From NCBI GenBank assembly GCA_002345475.1, contig DDWC01000133.1, positions 1 to 56,739 on the forward strand: a stretch of 56,739 nucleotides of DNA. The letters run 5' to 3'. The notes beneath the pieces are model-generated. The model was not told the DNA's origin. It made no database searches and saw only the letters and a program-made list of their open reading frames with translations. A program made the position numbers and the translations under genes. Source of the DNA: Firmicutes bacterium UBA2296 (GTDB taxonomy: Bacteria > Bacillota > UBA994). Positions 8,698 to 18,256 of the stretch are shown in pieces. Position 1 is the first letter of the stretch, and every line of letters starts with the position of its first letter.

Positions 8698-9879
8698 ATG
8701 GTAAGTAAAGATAGCATATTTGCAGCAGTAGAGAAAGCAGCGCCAAAGCTCATAGCTTTGAGTGACTGGATGTACGAGAATCCTGAAATTGGCCATCAGG
8801 AACACGAGTCGGCAGCGAGGCTAATTCAGCAGTTGCGGGACAACGGTTTCGTGGTTGAGGCTCCTTACGCAGGTATGGCTACGGCATTTCGTGCCACCTA
8901 CAAAGGAGGAGAAGGTCCTGTTGTCGCTATTTTGGCAGAATATGACGCTTTGCCGGGCATCGGCCATGGCTGCGGGCATAATATCATTGGTACCTTGGCC
9001 GTATTGTCTGCCATTGGCTTGAAGAATGCCTGGCCTGATATGCCCGGTACAATTCTGGTGCTGGGAGCACCGGCCGAAGAGGGAGCAGTTGACAATGCCG
9101 GCGGTAAGGTATTTATGGTTGAGCATGGCACTTTTGCCGGCGTCGACGTGGCTATGATGATTCACCCGTCCCTGCAAAACGCCCTCGGGGGTTCTTCCAA
9201 TGCCCGTGAAGCCATGGAAATCGTCTTCAAGGGAAAAACGGCTCACGCTGCCGGTGCACCACATGAAGGTATCAACGCTCTGGATGCGGCAATTCAGACT
9301 TTCAATGGTTTTAATGCTCTGCGACAGCACGTGAAACCGGATGTGCGGATTCACGGCATCATCAAGGAAGGCGGTTTGTCTCCGAACATTGTGCCTGACC
9401 GTGCCGTGATCAGGATGTATGCCAGAGCTGCGGACTCAGAGTATCTCAAGGAAGTCGTGGAGAAGGTGCACAACTGTGCTCGTGCCGGTGCGATGGCCGC
9501 TGGCGCGGGAGTAGAAATCAGGCAGACGGCCAAGACGTATAAGAACATGATCAACAACAAGGCTCTGGGGGACGTATGGAAGCACAACGTGGAACTGCAG
9601 GGTGAGAAGGTCAGCGAGTCTGTTGGAGGCGGAGCAGGCTCCACAGACATGGCCAACGTAAGCCACGAGGTCCCAAGCATTCATCCTTATATCTCCATAT
9701 CCTCGAGAAAGGTCAATGGGCATAGTACAGCATTTGCCGATGCCACCATTAGCCAGGAGGGACATAAAGGCCTTGTCGTTGGCGCCAAGTCCTTGGCCGG
9801 GACGGCAGCGGATCTCTTGTCCGACGCCGGACTTCTTAGCAAGATTAAGGAAGAATTTGCGGCCTCCGTGAAACGTTAG
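8698..9879 (+). CDS. M20 family metallopeptidase/amidohydrolase (AbgB-like)
   Basis: LPGIGHGCGHNIIG metal-site motif, M20 dimerisation-domain layout, GGAGGAG RBS. Confidence 0.75.
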   Translation: MVSKDSIFAAVEKAAPKLIALSDWMYENPEIGHQEHESAARLIQQLRDNGFVVEAPYAGMATAFRATYKGGEGPVVAILAEYDALPGIGHGCGHNIIGTLAVLSAIGLKNAWPDMPGTILVLGAPAEEGAVDNAGGKVFMVEHGTFAGVDVAMMIHPSLQNALGGSSNAREAMEIVFKGKTAHAAGAPHEGINALDAAIQTFNGFNALRQHVKPDVRIHGIIKEGGLSPNIVPDRAVIRMYARAADSEYLKEVVEKVHNCARAGAMAAGAGVEIRQTAKTYKNMINNKALGDVWKHNVELQGEKVSESVGGGAGSTDMANVSHEVPSIHPYISISSRKVNGHSTAFADATISQEGHKGLVVGAKSLAGTAADLLSDAGLLSKIKEEFAASVKR

Positions 9880-9932
9880 GCCCAAAGCTCCGTAAGAATA
9901 TCTGAATCAGTTTATGGGAGGGGTGATCGACA

Positions 9933-10106
9933 GTGAAGAGGCTATACAGAAGCCGCTCCAATCGAATTTTGACCGGTCTGTGCGGTGGCATCGGAGATTA
10001 TCTGGATGTTGATCCGGTGCTTGTCCGTCTCATCTGGCTGGTCATTCCCGGACTCAATCTGCTGGTATACATTATCGGGTCAATAATAGTGCCTGAAGAG
10101 CTGTAA
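9933..10106 (+). CDS. PspC-domain mini-protein (57 aa); too short to appear in the supplied ORF track
   Basis: GTG start 11 nt after GGGAGG. Translation MKRLYRSRSNRILTGLCGGIGDYLDVDPVLVRLIWLVIPGLNLLVYIIGSIIVPEEL is a textbook PspC N-terminal domain plus a TM helix. Confidence 0.75.
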   Translation: MKRLYRSRSNRILTGLCGGIGDYLDVDPVLVRLIWLVIPGLNLLVYIIGSIIVPEEL

Positions 10107-10135
10107 CCAGAGAGGGTGTAGGACAACCCGTGCAG

Positions 10136-10185
10136 TCAGCCGCAGACTCCGATTTTTCGGTGTTTTGCGGCTGATTGTTTGTTTG
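10136..10185 (+). terminator. Intrinsic terminator after the pspC-like gene
   Basis: TCAGCCGCA / TGCGGCTGA 9-bp stem with an internal CCGA-TTTT-TCGG mini-hairpin, followed by a T-rich tract. Confidence 0.55.
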
Positions 10186-10291
10186 TGGAGCGTGCTAGTA
10201 GAAATAATGTGACTATTTCATCGGGATAGGCAGGAATAGCAATGTTCAGTGGATAATACTTAGGGTGTTTATGACCCGGGGAGAGTGGATT

Positions 10292-10891
10292 ATGAGAAGG
10301 GCAGACAGCGCGATTATTCTCGCCGGTGGCAAGAGCAGTCGCATGGGATTCGACAAGAACCAGCTAGTCATAGATGGCGTACGGTTGGTGGATATCTTGA
10401 GTACCGCGTTGCTTTCGCTTTTTGCAGAGGTGATTCTGGTAAATAACAGCCCGGATTTTTCGCCGCCTGACGGAGTGCTGGTGGTCTCCGATGAGCTGTC
10501 TGGCATGGGACCTCTGGGGGGAATCCATGCTGGACTTAAGGCAGCACACAGTCAGTACTGCCTCGTTACAGCCTGTGACATGCCGAACATAAATCTGGAC
10601 TATGTGAAGTTTATGCGGGAGTTGCTACTTGAGCCAGGTATGGACGTGACGGTCCTGGCCACGCGTTACAGACCACACATGGAGCCCTTCACTGCGTTCT
10701 ACAGTCGTAACCTCATCCGGCCCATTGAAGATTATTGCCGCGGCGGTGGCAGGGGACTCAACGCTTTCCTCAGCAAACAGGGTGTAACTCTGATTGAGGA
10801 ATGCGTGGCCCGTCGCTTCAGTCCCGAATGGTCCATGTTCGCTAACTTGAATACCCCGGAAGAGCATCGCCAATACCTGCTTTCCCGGTGA
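10292..10891 (+). CDS. mobA: Molybdenum cofactor guanylyltransferase
   Basis: AIILAGGKSSRMGFDKN N-terminal motif and LVTACDMP. ATG preceded by GGGGAGAG. Confidence 0.85.
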   Translation: MRRADSAIILAGGKSSRMGFDKNQLVIDGVRLVDILSTALLSLFAEVILVNNSPDFSPPDGVLVVSDELSGMGPLGGIHAGLKAAHSQYCLVTACDMPNINLDYVKFMRELLLEPGMDVTVLATRYRPHMEPFTAFYSRNLIRPIEDYCRGGGRGLNAFLSKQGVTLIEECVARRFSPEWSMFANLNTPEEHRQYLLSR

Positions 10892-10951
10892 TAGTTTTCG
10901 TTAGTCAACCAAGTGAATAATTTCACATATTAAGGAAAGGTGGCGTGTGTT

Positions 10952-11128
10952 TTGGGCAGGGTAGGTATACAGGAATTGTTTCTAGTGTTTTTTGTCATTT
11001 TGCTGGTTTTCGGCCCGAAGCGACTGCCCGAGTTAGGACGGCTTCTTGGGGCAGGTCTGCGTGACTTGCGCGCTTCGGGGCAGGGCCTGGCAGATAGGTT
11101 TAGACCTGACAGCGATGAGTCCGGCTAG
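10952..11128 (+). CDS. tatA: Twin-arginine translocase subunit TatA/E
   Basis: ELFLVFFVILLVFGPKRLPELGRLLG is the canonical TatA TM plus hinge plus amphipathic helix. TTG start after AAGGAAAGGTGG (ORF open from 10940). Confidence 0.8.
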   Translation: MGRVGIQELFLVFFVILLVFGPKRLPELGRLLGAGLRDLRASGQGLADRFRPDSDESG

Positions 11129-11193
11129 CCTTTTTGTCGCAAAATGCACTTCATTCACATGAGCGCACGGAAAAGGAAGGGTGATTAGCCATA

Positions 11194-12039
11194 TTGCAGG
11201 TGACAAGCAGGAGTGAACTCGATCGACAACTGGAAACTTGCCGACGCCTTTACCCTGATTTTGACTCAGTGGAATCCTTACTGGTGGAACTATGGGACAG
11301 GCTCGCTTCCACTGTGCAGTGTGCGGCAAGGGGGAGTGTGACTGATGGCCGACTGTTTGAAAGCGCCCTCAAGCAAATCGTCGACGTGCTTTCTACATAC
11401 AGCGCCGATACAGGCGCCAGGACAACCCAGGTGGCCCATATTCTTCATGGGCACCTGAGTCTGGAGCCTCCCCAGGCGGCAATTGCTCCGGCTGCACTTA
11501 TGCGTGTCTATAGCAACGCAGCTGTGAGCCTGCCTGAGAAAGACTTGCTCAGCCTGATGGTGACGTTACTTGGTGGTGTGTTCTACGGCACAGGCTTCGT
11601 GCCGGCAACAAGTGATGGGGACCTCGAAAACTCCATTGCCGCCACATGCCCTGCCTGTGGTCAACGACCGCATTACGCTGCTTATAGTTCCCCAAGCGGA
11701 ACCAAGACATTTGAATGTTCATTTTGCTATACACAGTGGCCATACTCTCGCCTTAAGTGCCCCCACTGCGGGAATCTCGATGCGGAGAGTCTCGGATATT
11801 TTTCCATTGAAGGATTGGATCGCTGCCGTGTACAGTTCTGTTCGCAGTGCCTGACATATCATAAAGTTTTCGACCTACGGGACGTTGAGGGGGAAAATCA
11901 CCTATTGTACCTGCATCATCTGGGCTCACTTCTTTGTGACACCATGGCTTGCCGGGAAGGCTTCACTCCTTGTTCTGGGCTCTGGTGGAACGATCCATCT
12001 TCGCTTGCTGAAGTAACTGACGAGGAGGAATCATTATGA
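11194..12039 (+). CDS. fdhE: Formate dehydrogenase accessory protein FdhE
   Basis: Four CxxC pairs in FdhE order: CPACG, CSFCY, CPHCG, CSQCL. Overlaps the fdhA start (ATGA). Confidence 0.75.
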   Translation: MQVTSRSELDRQLETCRRLYPDFDSVESLLVELWDRLASTVQCAARGSVTDGRLFESALKQIVDVLSTYSADTGARTTQVAHILHGHLSLEPPQAAIAPAALMRVYSNAAVSLPEKDLLSLMVTLLGGVFYGTGFVPATSDGDLENSIAATCPACGQRPHYAAYSSPSGTKTFECSFCYTQWPYSRLKCPHCGNLDAESLGYFSIEGLDRCRVQFCSQCLTYHKVFDLRDVEGENHLLYLHHLGSLLCDTMACREGFTPCSGLWWNDPSSLAEVTDEEESL

Positions 12040-15032
12040 AAGTGTCACGCCGCGACTTCCTCAAATTAAGCGGTGTCACAGTAACCGCTGCAGCCTTGTC
12101 TTCCTTTGGCTTCAGATCGGCTGAGGCCAGTGATTACAAATCCATTCGCATCAGCTATGCCAAGGAAGTGACCACCATCTGTCCCTTCTGCGCCGTCGGC
12201 TGCGGCATAATCTGCCATGTTAGAGACGGCAAGATGATCAATGCCGAGGGTGACCCTGATCATCCCATTAACGAAGGTTCTCTGTGCAGCAAGGGCAGCT
12301 CACTGTTTAACATGATGAACGTATACGCGGAAAAGGGAGAGTCGAGGCCTAATACGCAGCGCATGACTAAGGTGTTGTATCGGGCGCCCTACGCCAGCGA
12401 CTGGGAAGTTAAGAGCTGGGATTGGGCTCTCAGCGAGATAGCAAAGCGCATTAAGCAGACGCGGGATAAGAGCTTTGTCGGTCGTAACGGGAGCGGAGTA
12501 ACGGTTAACCGAACCCCGGCCTTAGCCTGGCTGGGCAGTGCCATGTGCAATAACGAGGAGAACTATCTGTTTCATAAATTTGCCCGGGCCCTGGGAATAG
12601 TCAACATAGATCATTGCGCCCGTCTTTGACACTCTGCCACTGTCGCCGGTCTGGCGGCAACCTTTGGCAGAGGCGTAATGACCAATCACTGGATTGACTA
12701 TCAGCACTCAGACGTCTTCTTGTGTATCGGTCTCAACACTGCGGAAAACCATCCTATCTCAATGAAGTGGATACAGAAGGCCAGGGACAGCAAGGGAGCC
12801 AAACTCATAACCGTGGATCCCAGGTTCACTCGCACCGCTGCCGCGTCGGATATTTATGCTCCGATCCGGCCGGGAACCAACACTGCCTTCGTCAACGGCC
12901 TGATAAACTATGCCCTTGAGAAGAACAGGTATCACAGAGAATACGTTGTCCACTACACTAATGCGTCATACCTGGTGAACCCGGACTTTTACTTTGCCGA
13001 CGGTTTCTTCTCAGGCGCCAATGACGTAGCAGGACAAACCGTCTACGATAAATCCACATGGAGCTACCAGACGGACTCTTCCGGTCAGGTCATCAGAGAT
13101 GAAACCCTCAGTCATCCACAATCGGTTTTTCAACTGATGAAGAAACATTTCTCGCGCTATGATTTGAAAACGGTAAGTGACATCACGGGCTGTCCCGTGG
13201 ATAAACTGGCAGAGGTCGCCGAAGTGTTCTGTAGCACCGGGACTCCGGGCAAAGCAGGCAATGTAATGTACGCTATGGGTATTACCCAGTTCACACACGG
13301 TGCCCAGAACGTACGCAGTCTAGCCATATTGCAGTTGCTTTTGGGCAACATGGGTATTCCCGGCGGTGGGGTGAACGCACAGCGCGGGCAGTCAAATGTG
13401 CAGGGCTCTACAGACATGGCCATGCTTTACCACATCATCCCCGGATACAATCCAGTTCCCCATGAAAAAACTCACAAAAATCTTGCCGAGTATATAGCCC
13501 GTGAGACGCCGGCGAGCAGTTATTGGACGAATCGTCCCAAATTTGTCATCAGCATGCTCAAGGCTTTCTGGGGGGAGCACGCCCACCCGGGCAATGATTT
13601 TGCCTTTGACTACCTGCCCAAGATAGACAAGAACCGCTCACACATAGCTATGTACAAGTACATGGGCCAGGGCGAAGTCAAGGGAATGATCTGCTGGGCG
13701 GACAATCCCGCGGTGGGTGGACCCACTGCCGGGCGTAAACGTCACGTCTCAGCCAACCTCGACTGGCAGGTTGTCGTGGACATATTTGAGAACGAGACCG
13801 CTACCTTCTGGAAGGCTCCCGGAGTCGATCCTGCGACTATCGCTACCGAGGTCTTTCTGCTGCCGGCGGCACTCCATGTAGAGCGCGACGGAAGCATCAG
13901 TAACAGCGGTCGTTGGATTCAGTGGCGGAACAAAGTAGTAGATGCCCCCGGAGACGCCAAACCTGACCTGTGGATAGTGGACAGGCTTTTTAAGGCCGTT
14001 CGGCAGGCCTATCGGGATGAGCCCGGCGTGTTCCCCGAGCCCATCACCCAGATGAACTGGGATTATGGGCGTGATGCGGATTCAGGCAAAGTGGCGATGG
14101 AGATAAATGGGTATAACACCGTGACCGGCAGACAGTTGGCCAATTTCACACACCTGGCCGCTGACGGCTCGACGGCGTGCGGCAACTGGGTGTACAGCGG
14201 TTACTATGCCGATCCCAGTGACCCGGCCACAAAGCGGCGCATTCGCGAAACAGAAGGCCTCGGCAACCATCCCGACTGGGCATATGCCTGGCCTCTGAAC
14301 AGACGTATCGTCTATAACAGATGCTCAGCAGACCCCTCCGGTCAGCCCTGGAACCCGGATCTGCCCCTTTTCTGGTGGAACGGCATCAGCTGGATGCGCA
14401 ATGACGTCCCGGATTTCAATGCCTCAGTAGACCCCCAGGTCTCGGCCAAAATGCCCTTTATCATGGTTCCGGAACTGCAGGCGAGATTGTTCAGCTCCAC
14501 AATGGTGGAGGGACCCTTCCCAGAGCACTATGAGCCATGGGAGAGCCCACTGAGGAACATCATGTCCTCGGTACAGACTAACCCCTGTATCGAGACTTGG
14601 TACCCGGATGACCGCGCAGAAATAGGCAGCACTGAGTATCCCTACGTGGCCACCTCGTATCGTCTGAGTGAGCATTACCAGTCGGGTGTCATGACCCGGA
14701 ACATGCCCTGGCTCAACGAATCTATGCCAGGTATTTTTGTGGAGATAAGCCCTAGCTTGGCAACGAAAATTGGGGTGCAAAACGGAGAAAAAGTTGTCGT
14801 GACCAGCAAGCGGGGTCAGTATGAAGCGGCGGCCTGCATAACCCGGCGCGTGAAACCTTTCCGTTCCGGAGGCAAGGAGATAGAAATGGTGGGTTTGATT
14901 TGGCACTGGGGTTACGCGGGACTTTCCACCGGGCCGATTGCCAACGACATTAGCCCTTCAATTGGTGATGCCAATACCACGATCCCCGAGTACAAGGCCT
15001 TTCTCTGCAATATTCGTAAAGGAGGGCGGTAA
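12036..15032 (+). CDS. fdhA: Formate dehydrogenase catalytic subunit, Tat-exported, selenocysteine-containing (UGA at 12627-12629 read as Sec)
   Basis: Tat signal SRRDFLKLSG...AEA. N-terminal CPFCAVGCG FeS motif. HCARL-U-HSATVAGL active-site context. ORFs 12036-12629 and 12678-15032 are in the same frame, and a SECIS hairpin follows the UGA. Confidence 0.9.
12627..12672 (+). promoter_or_regulatory. UGA(Sec) codon plus bacterial SECIS hairpin
   Basis: GCCACUGUCGCC-GGUCU-GGCGGCAACCUUUGGC. Apical GGUCU loop as in E. coli fdhF; starts about 9 nt after the UGA. Confidence 0.8.
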
Positions 15033-15034
15033 GC

Positions 15035-15850
15035 GTGCATAAGGCCATGCTGATAGACCCCTCTAAGTGCATCGGCTGCCGGGCTTGCCAGGTGGCCTGT
15101 AAGCAATGGAACCAGCTGCCGGCCGAGGAGACATCATTCACCGGAAGTTACGAAAACCCTCCAGCTATTTCAGCGGTCACCTGGACTAAGATCATGTTCA
15201 GAGAGTGTGAAGAGAACGATAGACTGCAATGGTTTTTCTGCAAACAAGGTTGTATGCATTGCTCTGACGCAGCCTGTATGACAGTATGCCCTTCTGGCGC
15301 TATCTACCATACCGATGAAGGGACAGTTAAGGTGGACACCACCCGATGCATCGGCTGCAATTACTGTGCCGCCAGCTGTCCTTTTCAGGCCGTGAGCTTT
15401 GATCGTAGAACAAACCTGCCTCCCAAATGCACGTTCTGTCACGATCGGGTAGTCAACGGACTGAAGCCGGCTTGTGCCACCGCCTGCCCGACTGGTGCCA
15501 TTTCCTACGGAGACCGCCCCGACATAATTCGTCTTGGTTACCAGCGAGTGGACAAGCTAAAGAGCGAAGGCAGGAACAACGCGCAGATATACGGCCTTGA
15601 TGAAGTCGGCGGAACCGGTATGGTCTACGTTCTGACCAGTTCGCCGGAGCTCTACGGGTTGCCTTTAGACCCTCATGTGCCTTTCACGGCCCGTCTTTGG
15701 GGCGCCCTGTTCAAACCCTTGCGCGCCCTGGTGTTGATTGCCATCGGATTCGGACTTCTGGCTAACAGAAGTCAGAGCCGGGAGATGCAGAAATCCCTGC
15801 AGGCCGCTAGAGAAAAGGAACCGCCGATGGATGGGGAGGGGACAAAATGA
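15035..15850 (+). CDS. fdhB: Formate dehydrogenase iron-sulfur subunit (FdnH/HybA-like, 4x[4Fe-4S], C-terminal TM anchor)
   Basis: CIGCRACQVAC, CMHCSDAACMTVCP, CIGCNYCAASCP and CTFCHDR...CATACP. Hydrophobic LRALVLIAIGFGLLA near the C-terminus. Confidence 0.85.
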   Translation: MHKAMLIDPSKCIGCRACQVACKQWNQLPAEETSFTGSYENPPAISAVTWTKIMFRECEENDRLQWFFCKQGCMHCSDAACMTVCPSGAIYHTDEGTVKVDTTRCIGCNYCAASCPFQAVSFDRRTNLPPKCTFCHDRVVNGLKPACATACPTGAISYGDRPDIIRLGYQRVDKLKSEGRNNAQIYGLDEVGGTGMVYVLTSSPELYGLPLDPHVPFTARLWGALFKPLRALVLIAIGFGLLANRSQSREMQKSLQAAREKEPPMDGEGTK

Positions 15851-17187
15851 AGAGCAAGACCTTTCGTCAGGGAGGCCATATCCCCCATTTCAAGAGCGAC
15901 ACGGAGCATCAGCCCATTGTTACTCTGCCTGTTCCGGAGCGAGTCATTATCCCTCTTTCCCAACACATAGGTGCTCCTTGCGACCCCCTGCCCGATGTCC
16001 GCGTGGGGGACAGAGTTACTGTGGGGCAGCCCATCGGAATGGGCAAGGGCTTGTGCGCTCCAGTTCACGCGAGTGTTTCAGGTTACATTGAAGCCATCGA
16101 AGAGAGACCGCACGTATGTAACCGTAACATTATGTCCATAGTAATCCGCCGCGAAGGTGACGACACATGGAACGAAGTGGCAGGGAAAGGGATTGACGAA
16201 CTGTCAGCCCAGGAAATAGTAGATATCATAGGGCAGGCCGGCATAGTCGGCATGGGTGGGGCCGGCTTTCCGACCCGGGTGAAACTATCTCCTCCCCCGA
16301 ACAAGCACATTGATACTCTATTGCTGAACGGGGCCGAGTGTGAACCCTTCCTGACCTCCGATCACCGCTACATGCTAGAGCATGGCGAGGACGTCATATT
16401 GGGCCTCAAGGCTGCGATGAAAGCGACAGCCGCGCAGAGAGCTTTCATCGGCATTGAGGACAACAAGCCCGACGCCATTGCCCATTTGCAGTCGTTAACC
16501 GCCCAGGACTCGAACATAGCAGTAGTTCCTCTGGAAACAAAATACCCCCAGGGCGGGGAGAAACAGCTGATATACTCGATACTGCGCCGCGAAGTCCCCA
16601 CCGGTGGCCTGCCCATGGATGTGGGGGCCATTGTGCAAAACATTGGAACCGCTGTCGCCATCTCGGAGGCTGTCAAATGGCGCAAGCCGCTCATAGAGCG
16701 TGTGGTCACTCTCGGGGGACCCGGAGTCCTGCAGAAAGGCAATTACCTGGTGCGCATCGGAACCCCACTCAGCTATTTGCTGGACAAGTGCGGAGTCGAG
16801 CGAGACTGCGGTGTCAGGGTAATCGTGGGTGGACCGATGACCGGGGTGGTACAATCAGACCTTGAGGCCCCGGTCATAAAAACCACTGGCGGAGTGCTGG
16901 CCTTTACGCCGGAGTTCGGGCGACGGACAGACGCCTATTCCGACTGTGTCCGTTGCGGGAAGTGTGTTGAGCAGTGCCCCATGTATCTCTACCCAAACGA
17001 CCTGGGCCTGCTGGCGGAGGCAGAGCGGATCGGAGATCTGGACCGTCGTCATGTCCTGGACTGCATCGAGTGTGGTTTGTGCTCCTATGTGTGCCCTTCC
17101 AACCGTCCCATCGTCCAGTTTATCAAGCTGGCCAAACCGGCAGTATGGGCACATCGCAACAGGCTTGCCACAGGATCGGGGAGGTGA
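15847..17187 (+). CDS. RnfC-like protein (RnfC_N/SLBB/NuoF-like nucleotide site plus 2x[4Fe-4S])
   Basis: GMGGAGFPTRVKL, LLNGAECEPFLTSDHR, CVRCGKCVEQCP and CIECGLCSYVCP. ATGA overlap with fdhB. Confidence 0.75.
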   Translation: MKSKTFRQGGHIPHFKSDTEHQPIVTLPVPERVIIPLSQHIGAPCDPLPDVRVGDRVTVGQPIGMGKGLCAPVHASVSGYIEAIEERPHVCNRNIMSIVIRREGDDTWNEVAGKGIDELSAQEIVDIIGQAGIVGMGGAGFPTRVKLSPPPNKHIDTLLLNGAECEPFLTSDHRYMLEHGEDVILGLKAAMKATAAQRAFIGIEDNKPDAIAHLQSLTAQDSNIAVVPLETKYPQGGEKQLIYSILRREVPTGGLPMDVGAIVQNIGTAVAISEAVKWRKPLIERVVTLGGPGVLQKGNYLVRIGTPLSYLLDKCGVERDCGVRVIVGGPMTGVVQSDLEAPVIKTTGGVLAFTPEFGRRTDAYSDCVRCGKCVEQCPMYLYPNDLGLLAEAERIGDLDRRHVLDCIECGLCSYVCPSNRPIVQFIKLAKPAVWAHRNRLATGSGR

Positions 17188-17191
17188 ATAG

Positions 17192-18184
17192 ATGAATCCG
17201 TACATACTTTCTGCCACAGGGCCACATATTAAGGCGAAGACCACCACTGCAAACGCCATGCGCGATGTCCTTGTCGCGCTGATTCCCATCACACTCGTCT
17301 CAGTATACTTTTTCCGCGCCTACGCGATTTTTCTCATTTCCGTGTGCCTGACCACTGCCGTGCTCACAGAACTGCTGTTTCGGCATTACATGAAGAAGAA
17401 ACCAACGTTGCGCGACGGAAGTGCACTCGTGACAGGGTTATTGGTTGCCATGTGTTTTTCCGCTACCACATCATGGTGGCGCGGAGCCTTAGCTACCTTC
17501 ATCGCCGTTGGCATTGCCAAGGAGCTAATGGGTGGTTTGGGATGGAACCGATTTAATCCCGCCCTCTTTGGCAGAGTGGCGATAATACTGCTGGCACCAT
17601 GGTTTGTGGCCATAAACGCCAGTTTGTCCCCCTGGAGCCTAAACCTGGGGCCCGTGGACGTGATGACTCACGCCACACCCCTGGCCATGCTGCAGCAAGG
17701 CATGTCTCTGCCCAGCTATACCACCCTCTTCCTGGGGTTCCCGGGCGGAGCGATGTCAGAGGCTTCAGTGCTGGCAGTCCTCATCGGGGCGGCGTACCTG
17801 ATCTATCGCAAACTCATCAACTGGCGCATCCCCGCCGCCATGCTTAGCACCGTTTTTGTGTTCACGCTGCTACTTGGTAAGGATCCCGTCTATCATCTTC
17901 TCACCGGGGGACTGATGCTGGGTTCATTCTTCATGGCTACCGACTGGGTGACCAGCCCCATAAACAACCGCGGCAAGGTAGCCTTCGGCGTGCTTATAGG
18001 GTTATCAATTGTGGTCTTCCGCGTCATTCTGGCCCCCACCGAGGGTGTAGCGTTTTCCATACTGATAATGAACGCATTCGTTCCCACGATTGAAAGATTG
18101 ACGCGGTCTCGCACTTTTGGTCATGTCAAGGCCACGTCACCATTGAGCAGGATGGTAAGGACCCGAGAGAGCACAGCTTCATGA
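17192..18184 (+). CDS. RnfD/NqrB-family integral membrane protein
   Basis: Polytopic. DVMTHATPL fits the flavinylation motif D-x-x-(S/T)-x-A-T. Also FFMATDWVTSP and GVAFSILIMN, typical of RnfD. Confidence 0.75.
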   Translation: MNPYILSATGPHIKAKTTTANAMRDVLVALIPITLVSVYFFRAYAIFLISVCLTTAVLTELLFRHYMKKKPTLRDGSALVTGLLVAMCFSATTSWWRGALATFIAVGIAKELMGGLGWNRFNPALFGRVAIILLAPWFVAINASLSPWSLNLGPVDVMTHATPLAMLQQGMSLPSYTTLFLGFPGGAMSEASVLAVLIGAAYLIYRKLINWRIPAAMLSTVFVFTLLLGKDPVYHLLTGGLMLGSFFMATDWVTSPINNRGKVAFGVLIGLSIVVFRVILAPTEGVAFSILIMNAFVPTIERLTRSRTFGHVKATSPLSRMVRTRESTAS

Positions 18185-18200
18185 CCTGGCAGATGATGGC

Positions 18201-18227
18201 AAGGGGCCCTAGGGCCCCTTTTCTCTT
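18201..18227 (+). terminator. Intrinsic terminator ending the fdhAB-rnfCD-like operon
   Basis: Perfect palindrome AAGGGGCCC-TA-GGGCCCCTT followed by TTCTCTT. Confidence 0.75.
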
Positions 18228-18256
18228 GTGGGAAAACAGGCTATGCTATATGGGTA

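Noticed and set aside
10186-10291. A possible molybdenum-cofactor riboswitch upstream of mobA and the FDH island.
   Set aside because: I could not identify the conserved Moco-motif helices or loops by eye, and the region is short and AT-rich. An Rfam RF01055 scan would settle it.
12036-15032. fdhA-1 appears as two ORFs (12036-12629 and 12678-15032), which could be read as a pseudogene or a split gene. The same applies to 21348-22496 and 22545-24131.
   Set aside because: Both pairs are in the same frame. The break is a single TGA in the conserved CARL-U-HS active-site context, and a SECIS-like hairpin follows. This is selenocysteine recoding, not decay.
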